A stretch of 64,000 nucleotides of DNA from Thermoproteota archaeon. GTDB lineage: Archaea > Korarchaeota > Korarchaeia > Korarchaeales > Korarchaeaceae. Location of the stretch: NCBI GenBank assembly GCA_027491415.1, contig JAOZFH010000025.1:19974-83973 (forward strand), in the 5' to 3' direction. Positions 9,290 to 17,742 of the stretch are shown one piece after another. Under the pieces are notes generated by a model. The model was not told the origin of the DNA, made no database searches, and saw only the letters and a list, made by a program, of their open reading frames with translations. A program made the translations under genes and the position numbers. Each line of letters opens with the position of its first letter. Positions within the stretch are counted from its first letter, which is position 1.

Positions 9290-10546
9290 GTGCCCCTCTA
9301 CGACGTCATTGTCGTTGGCGCAGGTCCTTCTGGCTCTACGGCGGCCAGGCTGCTCTCAGAGAGTGGCTTTCGAGTCCTCCTGATTGAGAGGGCGCGCCAC
9401 CCCAGGAGGAAGGTCTGCGGGGGAGCGCTGTCCCTGAGGGCGGTCCGGCGCTACGGCATTCCCATAGAAGAGGCCGCCGAGATAAGGGACGTCTTCCTGT
9501 GGGGACCAGGCGGAGCGGAAGTGGTTGTCCCCTCCGACAGGCCAGTCGGGTACCTCATGCCAAGGGAGAGGTTGGACGAGATTCTCTTCAGGAGGGCCCT
9601 CGAGTCCGGCGCGGAGGCCGCTCAGGGAGAGGCGGTCGTCAACGTGGATGTGTCCGGCGAGGGGGTGCTCGTGACGACGACGGGGGGCAGGTACTCGGCG
9701 AGGGCGGTGGTGGGCGCCGACGGCTTTGCCTCGAGGGTGAGAGAGTCTCTGGGCCTGACTCCGCGTGGGTGGTTCACCGATAACGCCTTCTGCCCCGTCT
9801 GCTACGTCCCCCTGGACTCAGCCGGGGAGCTGGCGGGAGACGCGGAATTCTACCTAGGCGTCTACGGCGAGGGATACGCGTGGATATTCAAGCACCGAGA
9901 CCACCTGAACATCGGGATAGGGACCTTCTTGAGGAACTACAAGTCTCACCCGGCCACTCTCCTGGTCGAGTTCCTCCAACGGCACTCTGAGGCCTCCTCT
10001 AGGGTACTGGAGCCCCCCCAAGAGTCCAGGATCGTCGGCTCCTATATCCCATACAACGGCGCCATCCCAAAGACGTACTCGGAGAGGGCCCTCCTGGTCG
10101 GAGATTCAGCCGGTTTCGTCAGCACACTGACCGGGGAGGGGATCTACCACGCCATGCTGTCCTCCGAGCTGGCCGTCGACGTCCTCTCAAGGTCCTTGGA
10201 GGAGGGGGATCTATCGGAAGAGCGGCTCTCCGAGTATCAGAGGAGGTGGCTGCAGGAGCCCGAGCTCGGTGAGATGCTCGCGTACGGGAAGCTCCTGAGA
10301 AACCTCCTTTTCAAAGATCCCAGGCTGCTCTCGAGAGTCCTCAAGGCCGCCTCCGAGGACGCGGAGCTGGCTAGACTGATAAGGGACATAGTGTTCGGCC
10401 TCAAGGGATACAAGGCAGGCGCCTGGGAGCTAGCGAGGAGGATACCGCTTCGTGTGGCAATGGACATGCTCCTGCTTGCTCCGGGGGACGTCTTCAGGCT
10501 TGCCGCCGGATCCTCCAGCCCATTCTTCGGGGGTGGTAAGGTCTGA
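9290..10546 (+). CDS. Geranylgeranyl reductase family FAD oxidoreductase
   Basis: YDVIVVGAGPSG, KVCGG, GADG, GYAWIF, VGDSAGFV..TGEGIY. GTG start at 9290 after GGAGGAGG. Confidence 0.9.
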   Translation: MPLYDVIVVGAGPSGSTAARLLSESGFRVLLIERARHPRRKVCGGALSLRAVRRYGIPIEEAAEIRDVFLWGPGGAEVVVPSDRPVGYLMPRERLDEILFRRALESGAEAAQGEAVVNVDVSGEGVLVTTTGGRYSARAVVGADGFASRVRESLGLTPRGWFTDNAFCPVCYVPLDSAGELAGDAEFYLGVYGEGYAWIFKHRDHLNIGIGTFLRNYKSHPATLLVEFLQRHSEASSRVLEPPQESRIVGSYIPYNGAIPKTYSERALLVGDSAGFVSTLTGEGIYHAMLSSELAVDVLSRSLEEGDLSEERLSEYQRRWLQEPELGEMLAYGKLLRNLLFKDPRLLSRVLKAASEDAELARLIRDIVFGLKGYKAGAWELARRIPLRVAMDMLLLAPGDVFRLAAGSSSPFFGGGKV

Positions 10547-10968
10547 GGCTCAAGATCTCCTGTCCTAGGTGCGGAAGGGAGGAGGACCTCGGAGATCCCG
10601 AGAGGCTCGCGACCAAGGCGCTCGAGTCCCCAGCCAAAGTCGCGGTGGTGGCCCTGGATCACGGGAGTCACATCCTCTTGGTGATGGTGGACGAGAGGGG
10701 TCAGGTGGTGGGCACCGAGGTCTCAGAGAGGGCCTCGGCCGGCGGGGTTTTGGACCGGATCCGGATCAGGCCCCTCCCGTCCAAGAATCCCCCGAGCTTG
10801 GACGCCCTCTCCAGGGACGAGTGGAGGGTATTTGCCCTATGTGACGGGATCAGGACCACTCACGAGATATCGTCGATCCTCGGGATTCCCGAGGGGATGG
10901 TCCGCCTCATAGTGGAGTCCCTCAGGGCGAGGGGCTACCTGTCCGACGTGGTGGTGGAGGTGGGTTGA
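10543..10968 (+). CDS. Zn-ribbon (CPRC...HxxH) plus C-terminal wHTH protein, probable CTG start
   Basis: The frame of track ORF 10645 is open back to CTG 10543 (in-frame TAA at 10537): LRLKISCPRCGREED...DHGSHILLVMVDERGQV, then LCDGIRTTHEISSILGI...LRARGYL. Confidence 0.7.
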   Translation: MRLKISCPRCGREEDLGDPERLATKALESPAKVAVVALDHGSHILLVMVDERGQVVGTEVSERASAGGVLDRIRIRPLPSKNPPSLDALSRDEWRVFALCDGIRTTHEISSILGIPEGMVRLIVESLRARGYLSDVVVEVG

Positions 10969-10969
10969 G

Positions 10970-11647
10970 TTGATCAGGTCGAGTCCTCTCGCGGTCCTGA
11001 TAGCCAAGGCCAGGAAGAGGCTGGGAGGCAGCGTCGTGGACACCTTCACCCTCAACAGGGTCTACATGATGGCCGTGACCGAGATGTCCGAGTCGCACGG
11101 ACCAGAGGAGAGCGCGAGGAGGCTGTTCGAGTGGGGCTACGCGATGGGCCACGCGTACCTCCTGAAGCTGGAGAAGGACCTGAAGGCCTACCCGCCCAAC
11201 CTTCGAACCGTGAGGTTCATAGGAAGGCTGGCCTGGTACATGTTCTCGGGCAACGACCCGCAGGTTGAGGCCTGGGAGGAGCGGGGCCCGGGAGGCCTGT
11301 GGTTTCACCTGAGCATAAGGGACCCGAAGTCCCCCTGGGCCTCCGGGGTGAGCATGGGGAGGAGGATCTGCCACTACCCGGCCGGGGCCTACGAGGCCGC
11401 CGGGAGTACGTTCTTCGCCCTCGTGGAGGACATGGGACACTACGTCATCTCGAGGGAGACGAAGTGCATAGCCAGGGGGGACGAGCACTGCGAACTCACC
11501 TGGGTGGCCGTTCCCAAGTCCGTCCCGCTGGACGAGGCGATTAGGCGCCTGAGGCCGAGGTTCGGAGATTCGCTCGAGGAAATACCCCCTGAAGTGACCG
11601 CGGATCTATACAGGAGGGTGTTCGGTCGGGCCCCGGGTGGGGAGTGA
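10970..11647 (+). CDS. V4R-domain protein
   Basis: LFEWGYAMG, ICHYPAGAYEAA, ETKCIARGDEHCEL. Confidence 0.85.
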   Translation: MIRSSPLAVLIAKARKRLGGSVVDTFTLNRVYMMAVTEMSESHGPEESARRLFEWGYAMGHAYLLKLEKDLKAYPPNLRTVRFIGRLAWYMFSGNDPQVEAWEERGPGGLWFHLSIRDPKSPWASGVSMGRRICHYPAGAYEAAGSTFFALVEDMGHYVISRETKCIARGDEHCELTWVAVPKSVPLDEAIRRLRPRFGDSLEEIPPEVTADLYRRVFGRAPGGE

Positions 11648-11665
11648 GGCACGCTGAACCCGCTG

Positions 11666-12178
11666 GTGCCCTTCGGAGACCGCAGGCCCAGGGTTCACCA
11701 CAGCTCCTTCGTGGATCCGGGCGCCAGGATCTCCGGGGACGTCGAGATAGGGCCGAGGTGCGCGATCCTCTTTGGCGCGGCGGTTCGAGGGGACGACGAG
11801 CCGGTGAGGATACTTGAGCGCTCTGTGGTCCTCGAGCACGCCCTGATCGAGGCTCCAAGTGGTCACCCGGTCGTGGTGGGCCCTGGAGCCCTGATCTCCC
11901 ACGGCGCCATAGTCCACGGCGCGGAGGTTCGGAGGGGGGCTCTCGTCGGGATAGGCGCCATAGTGCTCGACGGCGCCGTCGTCGGGGAGGAGTCGATCGT
12001 GGCCGCCGGGGCGGTGGTCCCACCCGGGAGGGTGGTAGAGCCCGGGTGGCTCGTCGCGGGAATCCCGGCCAGGCCTGTCAGGGATGTCTCCGCTGACGAG
12101 AGATCTCGAACCGCCGAAGAGATTGAGAGGGTCCTGGCAAAGGCGGAGGTCTATAGGAGGCACTTGGAGTGCCCATGA
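11666..12178 (+). CDS. Gamma-carbonic anhydrase-like hexapeptide-repeat protein
   Basis: GDVEIG..AVRGD, ISHGAIVHGA, VGIGAIVLDGA, AGIPARPVR. The start may be CTG at 11654. Confidence 0.88.
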   Translation: MPFGDRRPRVHHSSFVDPGARISGDVEIGPRCAILFGAAVRGDDEPVRILERSVVLEHALIEAPSGHPVVVGPGALISHGAIVHGAEVRRGALVGIGAIVLDGAVVGEESIVAAGAVVPPGRVVEPGWLVAGIPARPVRDVSADERSRTAEEIERVLAKAEVYRRHLECP

Positions 12179-12184
12179 TGGGCC

Positions 12185-12778
12185 TCACTCCAGACTGGCG
12201 TGTCTGCGGGCTATGTCCTCCTCGGTCTTCCCGAGCCTGCTGGCGAGTTCGGAGACGAGCGCGTCGCAGAAGATCATGGTGGACAGCTCGAAGAGAGTGC
12301 CTAGGGGGGTGAGGGGCTCGTGGATTCCCATTATCTGTCTGGACTCGTAGTCGGTTGTGGTCTCCGGCTTGATTCTACCCCTTATCGTGACGACAACATC
12401 CGCGAGCCTTCCTATCGTGGAGTCGGGGTAGCTCGTGATCGCCGCTATGACGCCGCCCAGCTTCTTGGCCTCTCTGGCTATGGTGCTAGGATAGAGGGTC
12501 TCCCCTGAGCCGCTTATCACGATGAGCAGGTCTCCGGGGTCCATCCTGGGAGTGGTGGTTTCCCCGACCACGTGCACCGAGAAGCCCAGATGCATCAGCC
12601 TCATTGCGAACGCTCTGGCCACCAGGCCGGACCTGCCGGCGCCGACGACGAATATACTCCGGTCACCCAGCGTCCTGAGGATAGCCGCGGCCAGCCTGTC
12701 GACCGCCCCCTCGTCCAAGGTGGCGAGGTTCTCCCTCAGGGTGTCAATCAGCAGGAGCGCCCTCTCTCTGACTCCCAG
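12185..12778 (-). CDS. hxlB: 6-phospho-3-hexuloisomerase
   Basis: GAGRSGLVARAFAMRLMHLG, VGETTTP, ISGSGET, PLGTLFE, RHASLE. Extended to CTG 12778 (track start is TTG 12718). Confidence 0.93.
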   Translation of the reverse strand: MGVRERALLLIDTLRENLATLDEGAVDRLAAAILRTLGDRSIFVVGAGRSGLVARAFAMRLMHLGFSVHVVGETTTPRMDPGDLLIVISGSGETLYPSTIAREAKKLGGVIAAITSYPDSTIGRLADVVVTIRGRIKPETTTDYESRQIMGIHEPLTPLGTLFELSTMIFCDALVSELASRLGKTEEDIARRHASLE

Positions 12779-12805
12779 GGCGATCCCCTCTGCCCGTCCC
12801 GCTCA

Positions 12806-12820
12806 CCAAATATATTGTTG
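12806..12820. promoter_or_regulatory. AT-rich TATA-like element between divergent hxlB and hxlA
   Basis: caaatatattgtt is the only AT-rich patch in the roughly 60-nt divergent gap, about 25-30 nt from both starts. Confidence 0.55.
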
Positions 12821-12838
12821 CCCCGGCCGCATTCGGGT

Positions 12839-13465
12839 GTGGAGGTCTTCGTATCCCTGGACGTGGTTGAACTTGGGCGCGCCATAAGGATAGCCCTCGA
12901 GGCTTGGAGCGCCGGAATAAGGCACATCGAGGTTGGGACCCCGCTCATAAAGTCCGAGGGGGTCCGCGCCATCAGGGCCCTCAGGGAGGCGCTGCCGGAG
13001 GCCGTGATATTCGCCGACACGAAAACGGCCGACGTGGGGTCTTTAGAGGCTCGAATGGCCCTAGAGGCGGGGGCGGACATAATGAGCGTGCTGGGGGCAG
13101 CTCCCGACGCCACCATAAGGTCCGCGGTGGCGGCAGCCCGCGAACTCGGCGGAACCGTTCTAGTGGACAGCTTGGGGCTGGGAGACAGGATCTTCGAGAG
13201 GGCAAGGGTCGCCTCGAGGCTGGGCGCTGAGATGATATGCCTCCACAAGGGCGTAGACGAGGGGGTCTTTTCAGATGAGGGCCTCCTAACCGAGCTCAGG
13301 GGTCTCGGCGTAAAGATAGGCGCGGCGGGCGGACTTGACCCCGAGGGCGTCTCCAAGCTGGTTGGGCTGGCGGACTTCGTCATGGTCGGGAGGTACGTTA
13401 CCGGCAGTGAGGACCCCAGGGGGGCGGCCGCTCGGGTGCTGGAGGCGGCTCGCAACTCACGTTAG
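12839..13465 (+). CDS. hxlA: 3-hexulose-6-phosphate synthase
   Basis: VSLD, IEVGTPLIKSEG, ADTKTADVG, GADIMSVLG, AAGGL, MVGR. Divergent from hxlB. Confidence 0.9.
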   Translation: MEVFVSLDVVELGRAIRIALEAWSAGIRHIEVGTPLIKSEGVRAIRALREALPEAVIFADTKTADVGSLEARMALEAGADIMSVLGAAPDATIRSAVAAARELGGTVLVDSLGLGDRIFERARVASRLGAEMICLHKGVDEGVFSDEGLLTELRGLGVKIGAAGGLDPEGVSKLVGLADFVMVGRYVTGSEDPRGAAARVLEAARNSR

Positions 13466-13499
13466 CTCTCACCGCACACCTGACGAGAGATCTGCTCTC

Positions 13500-14855
13500 C
13501 TATCTTTTCCTGAGGAACCTGATTCTTCCCTCAGAGAGTTCCATCAAGTACCTGACGCCCTGGATCCCCAACCTCCTAGACTTTAGCACAGACGCCTCTC
13601 TTAGGAGGACGCCATCCCTCTCCGTCACCCTGAGGAGGATCACGGTGTCCGCGTAGAGAGAAGCCGCCCTCGTGTCCTTCTCGAAGTGCCCGCTTCCAAG
13701 CTGCGTGCACAGGATCGTTATCCCTCTCTCCTTGGCCATCCACTGGAGGTACCTGGTGAAGTCTATGAGGCCTTCTCTCCCGACAGCGTGTTCGATCGCG
13801 GTAAGGCTGTCCACGAGCACGAATTCGGATTGGTTTTCGTCCACCAGTTCCTCTATCAGCTCGAACTGCTCCACCGGCCCGAGCGCCTGAGGAACCACAG
13901 ACGCCACCTGCACCTCGTCCTCTTCGGCCATCCCGAAGGACTTGGCAAGCTTCACGACGGTTCCCTTGGAGGCCTCAAAGGACACGATGAGTGATCTCCG
14001 GCCCATCTTGGCCGCCGACACCGCCAGCGAGACTCCGAGGACTGTCTTGCCAGACCCAACCGGTCCCTCCAGTATGTTGAGCGAGGACCTCGGCAGCCCG
14101 CCGCCGAGCATCTCGTCGAGCCCGTCGATCCCCGTGGAGACGAGGTCCAACGGTTCCTCCGTGTCCAAGGAGTGAGGTAGCGTGATCACCCGCGCGCCCC
14201 CGCGCCTGGCGGAGATGGAGAACATGATGACAGGCTCCCGCGGGGAGGCCATCCTGACCTTCGCTATCTTGGCCTTTCTAACCAGTCCGCCCCTCTCCCC
14301 CTCCGACAGGTAGAGGTCCACCACGGCGTCGGCGAGGAACTCCACGCCGAGGAGCATGGGCCTCTTGAGAGCATCGGGAACAACCGTAGCCACAACGGTG
14401 GCCCCCGCCTGCTCCGCCGAGGTAATAAGCCTCTGAGAGAGTATCCTCTGCGCCGAGCTCACCCCCAGGACCGCGAGTACTTGGGAGAGCCCGTCGATAA
14501 ACACCCGATCCGGTTTAAGCTGCTCGATCTCGTCCGCCATGGAGAAGAGGGCCATCTCGGCCTCTACTGGGGAGCCGGGGATTCCGAGGGACTTCACCCT
14601 CAGGCGCTCATCCTCTAGGAAGATATCCAGATCCCTGTGGAGGGAGGACGCCTGGAGGATAAGCTTCCTCTCGGGGTACCCGACCGCCAGGGCCAGGCAC
14701 CTCTCCCCCGCCCGGCAGCCTTCGTGCAGGAACTGGATCCCGAGAACGGTCTTCCCACTCCCCGGGTCTCCGGTTACCAGAATCAGAGAGCCCGGTCCGA
14801 GTCCCTCTAACGCCTCATCGAGCGGCTCTATTCCGAAGAAAGTCCTCACTACCAT
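13500..14855 (-). CDS. KaiC/RAD55-like double-domain ATPase
   Basis: Two RecA-like domains with GDPGSGKT and GPVGSGKT, plus K-x-R fingers (KVR, KSR). Confidence 0.88.
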   Translation of the reverse strand: MVVRTFFGIEPLDEALEGLGPGSLILVTGDPGSGKTVLGIQFLHEGCRAGERCLALAVGYPERKLILQASSLHRDLDIFLEDERLRVKSLGIPGSPVEAEMALFSMADEIEQLKPDRVFIDGLSQVLAVLGVSSAQRILSQRLITSAEQAGATVVATVVPDALKRPMLLGVEFLADAVVDLYLSEGERGGLVRKAKIAKVRMASPREPVIMFSISARRGGARVITLPHSLDTEEPLDLVSTGIDGLDEMLGGGLPRSSLNILEGPVGSGKTVLGVSLAVSAAKMGRRSLIVSFEASKGTVVKLAKSFGMAEEDEVQVASVVPQALGPVEQFELIEELVDENQSEFVLVDSLTAIEHAVGREGLIDFTRYLQWMAKERGITILCTQLGSGHFEKDTRAASLYADTVILLRVTERDGVLLREASVLKSRRLGIQGVRYLMELSEGRIRFLRKR

Positions 14856-14880
14856 TGTCGCAGACTGCTACATCCTTCTA

Positions 14881-14907
14881 CAAAAAATTATATTAATTTA
14901 TATTGAT
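14881..14907. promoter_or_regulatory. Very AT-rich promoter region upstream of the KaiC-like gene
   Basis: caaaaaattatattaatttatattgat, about 30 nt upstream of the ATG, in an otherwise GC-rich background. Confidence 0.6.
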
Positions 14908-15093
14908 TCAGGGCCTTTACAGCGGTGAAAATTTGTTCAGATTCAAAGATCGACATGGGCTCTCGCAGGCTTTCAGGCTGGGCCCACGCGCCCAGTTCAG
15001 GTTGAGAGCAGCCGGAGGCTTTGAATACTGGTCTTACTAAAGCTCGGACGTTTCATCCCAATGTTTAAATCCCGACATCATAGCAAACAAAAT

Positions 15094-15672
15094 TCATTTT
15101 ACGAGGTCACCGCCCTCCCCCAGGCTCCTGATGAGCTCGGGAGGCACCCACTCCGTCAGATAGATGAGATCTGAGCCCCTCCACACCCTCATACCTCTCC
15201 GGACAAGACCCTGAGCATCCACCCCGAGGACAACTACGTCACTTCCGTGCCTCCTGCCGACCTCCACGGCCACCTCCGGGGTCGCAGAGAGGTGAACGAA
15301 CCTGCGCCTCATGGGCTTGATCCCCTCCCTGAGGATCTTGCTGAGCGCTCTCCTGGTCGTGCCGTGGTACAGTACCGGTGGAGGGTCCTCAAGTGGATCC
15401 CCGGGTGGGAGGACCGGTACGCTGTGGCCGTAAGTCGCTCTTATTCTACCGCCCTTAATTTCGAACCTCCCGCGAGGATCGCGCATCACGACCATCTCGA
15501 TGTCCCCCGCGGTGACCCACTCGAACCCGCGGAGGCGGGATATCCTTCTGGCTAGTTCGCCAACATCTACGTCGGAGAATCCGAACTCGTCCAGCCTAAT
15601 CCCCATCAACTCCGGCCTGTGCCTGAGTACGAGGGTGAGCAGCTTGCTCAACCTCCTCATCCTCTCATCCAT
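15094..15672 (-). CDS. kptA: RNA 2'-phosphotransferase Tpt1/KptA
   Basis: LRHRP, RFE, RIRATYGHS, LYHGT, RRFVHLS, VGRRH. Confidence 0.95.
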   Translation of the reverse strand: MDERMRRLSKLLTLVLRHRPELMGIRLDEFGFSDVDVGELARRISRLRGFEWVTAGDIEMVVMRDPRGRFEIKGGRIRATYGHSVPVLPPGDPLEDPPPVLYHGTTRRALSKILREGIKPMRRRFVHLSATPEVAVEVGRRHGSDVVVLGVDAQGLVRRGMRVWRGSDLIYLTEWVPPELIRSLGEGGDLVK

Positions 15673-15737
15673 CTACCTCATTTAGCGACCGCGGCGGGAT
15701 CGTTTATACGATTTACCGCTCCCAATCGGAGCCTGAG

Positions 15738-16343
15738 ATGTCAGTGGCAGAGGTGGGGGGACTACTCGCTTCCCTGGGAATGCTCGCAGCGAGCGGCCTT
15801 ATCTCAGCCGCCTACCTGATGCAGGGACTCGCAAGCTCAGCGATCTCGAGGGCAATCCGCGCACCCATGGCCGAGCGAAGACCTCTAGACAGAGTCTACA
15901 CGCTCACTTGGATTCTCGCGGCCGCCGTGGCAGCGTGGATCTCACGGAAGTCCGGCATATTCACGGTTCTCGCCGTGGCACCGGCCTTCAAGAGCGGCGC
16001 GGACTTGGGAAGCAGGGCAGTCTACTCAGTGCACGATCTCACTCTGCTCGGTCAGGCCAGAGGACTCCGCTCGGCCGTTTCGAGGGCGCTCGCCCTAGCC
16101 TCCCTACCCAGTCTCTTCTTCCTCCTCAGCTGGTGGCTCCTCCGGCAGGCAGCCTCGCTGGCCGTCAAGGTGGTCCTCGGCCTGCGGCTGGATCTCGTTG
16201 CTCTGACCTTCTGGCTGCTCGGGGTGGCGTTCGGACTGGCGTTTGGCGCGGCGAGATCGCGCGGCGAGTCCGGCTTACTCCTCAGGGGGGAGCTGGCGTT
16301 GGTGCTGGGATCTAAGGCGCGAGAGGCTTTCTCGCCTGGCTAG
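15738..16343 (+). CDS. Hypothetical multi-pass membrane protein
   Basis: About five hydrophobic segments. TATA-like tttata about 33 nt upstream. Confidence 0.65.
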   Translation: MSVAEVGGLLASLGMLAASGLISAAYLMQGLASSAISRAIRAPMAERRPLDRVYTLTWILAAAVAAWISRKSGIFTVLAVAPAFKSGADLGSRAVYSVHDLTLLGQARGLRSAVSRALALASLPSLFFLLSWWLLRQAASLAVKVVLGLRLDLVALTFWLLGVAFGLAFGAARSRGESGLLLRGELALVLGSKAREAFSPG

Positions 16344-16398
16344 CGCTCACGGGTGAACGAGAAGGATAATTTCGTGAACCAGACGGTTAGGGAGTGGG

Positions 16399-17061
16399 AT
16401 GCCGAGATCGGTCAGGTCGGGCGAGGGCGGCGGCGTGGTGATTCGCGGCAGCGGCGTCTACAGGGAGGGGGAGGAACTCAGGGTCGCGGGCTCGGCCAGG
16501 GCCGGCGCCGATGTAGTGGCGAGGAGAGTCTCGGTGGCCGGGAGGCTCGCCGTTAAAGGGGTCCTCAAGTCTGAGACTGTCTCCATTGCGGGCACCCTGA
16601 GCGCCGGGGGAGTGGAGTGCAGGCGGCTCTCTGTGGCTGGCCTGGCCAGGATCGACGGCAGGCTTGTGGCGGAAGTCGTCAAAGTCGGCGGTCGGCTCGA
16701 GTCCAAAGAAATCCTCTCGAAGCTGGTGAAGATTGGTGGCTCCGTCCGAGCGGGTTCTATAGAGGCCGACGAGCTCGAGATAAATCTGGGGGGATCCTCA
16801 GAGGTCAGAAGGATCTCGGCCAAGACCGTGAGGATAAGTCCCAAGAGGGACCTGATGGGGCTCTTGATGCCCTCAAAGAGGAAGCTGAGGGCCGAGAGAA
16901 TAGAGGGAAAGCAGGTGTACCTCTCTCGGGTCACGTGCGAGGAGGTCGTGGGAGAGCGTGTGCTCGTGGGGCCGGTGTGCCGGATCCGCAGGGTGGTCTA
17001 CAGCGAGGTCGTGAAGGTTTCCGACCGGGCCAGGGTGCTGGAGCTGGTCAAGGCCAAGTAG
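16399..17061 (+). CDS. Bactofilin-like (YhbE/YhbF-type) beta-helix polymer-forming protein
   Basis: Repeated (V/I)-x-G units, ending IEGKQVYL..V.GERV.VGPVCRIRRV.YS. Confidence 0.75.
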   Translation: MPRSVRSGEGGGVVIRGSGVYREGEELRVAGSARAGADVVARRVSVAGRLAVKGVLKSETVSIAGTLSAGGVECRRLSVAGLARIDGRLVAEVVKVGGRLESKEILSKLVKIGGSVRAGSIEADELEINLGGSSEVRRISAKTVRISPKRDLMGLLMPSKRKLRAERIEGKQVYLSRVTCEEVVGERVLVGPVCRIRRVVYSEVVKVSDRARVLELVKAK

Positions 17062-17067
17062 GCGGGG

Positions 17068-17682
17068 CTACCTCCCTCCGAATCTGGCCCGCTCGCTCAG
17101 CATCCTCTCGTAGTCGGCCCTTGTCACGACGACCTCGCGGCCGCAGTGCTCGCACGTGAACCTCACCGCCTCCTCTCCCTCGCGTGGCTCTCCGCGGAGG
17201 GGCCTCCCGCAGTAGCACACGAACCCGATGAGCCGAGCCGGGTTTCCAACCACTAGGCCGTGGGGAGGGACATCCCTCGTGACCACCGATCCGGCGGCCA
17301 CCATGGAGTACTCCCCTATGGTCACCCCGCAAACGACCGTGGCGTTGGCCCCTATGCTCGCGCCCCTCTTGACGCGGGTGGGCACCACCTCCCAGTCGAC
17401 GTTGAATGACCTTGGGTACTTGTCGTTGGTGAAGGTGACGTGCGGCCCGATGAAGGCGTCGTCCTCGATGGTCACCCCCCTGAAGACCGAGACGCCGTTC
17501 TCTATCTTCACCCCGTCGCCTATCTCGACCCCGGCGTCGACGTACACGTCCTTGCCGAGGACGCAGTTCCTTCCGATCTTTGCTCCGCTCCTCACGTGCG
17601 CGAAGTGCCACACCTTGGTGCCCTCCCCGATCCGGGCCCCTGGCTCCACGACCGCCTTCTCGTGAACGAAGGCCCTACCCAT
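17068..17682 (-). CDS. Hexapeptide sugar-nucleotide N-acyltransferase (WbpD/WxcM-like) with a C-terminal Zn ribbon
   Basis: KVWHFAHV, FTNDKYPRS, GASIGANATVV, VGNPAR, CYCG...CEHCG. Confidence 0.9.
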   Translation of the reverse strand: MGRAFVHEKAVVEPGARIGEGTKVWHFAHVRSGAKIGRNCVLGKDVYVDAGVEIGDGVKIENGVSVFRGVTIEDDAFIGPHVTFTNDKYPRSFNVDWEVVPTRVKRGASIGANATVVCGVTIGEYSMVAAGSVVTRDVPPHGLVVGNPARLIGFVCYCGRPLRGEPREGEEAVRFTCEHCGREVVVTRADYERMLSERARFGGR

Positions 17683-17742
17683 CACGACACCCCCGCGCAC
17701 CGCCGCATCAAGTCATTAATCCACACGGTCAGATCCCTCCGG

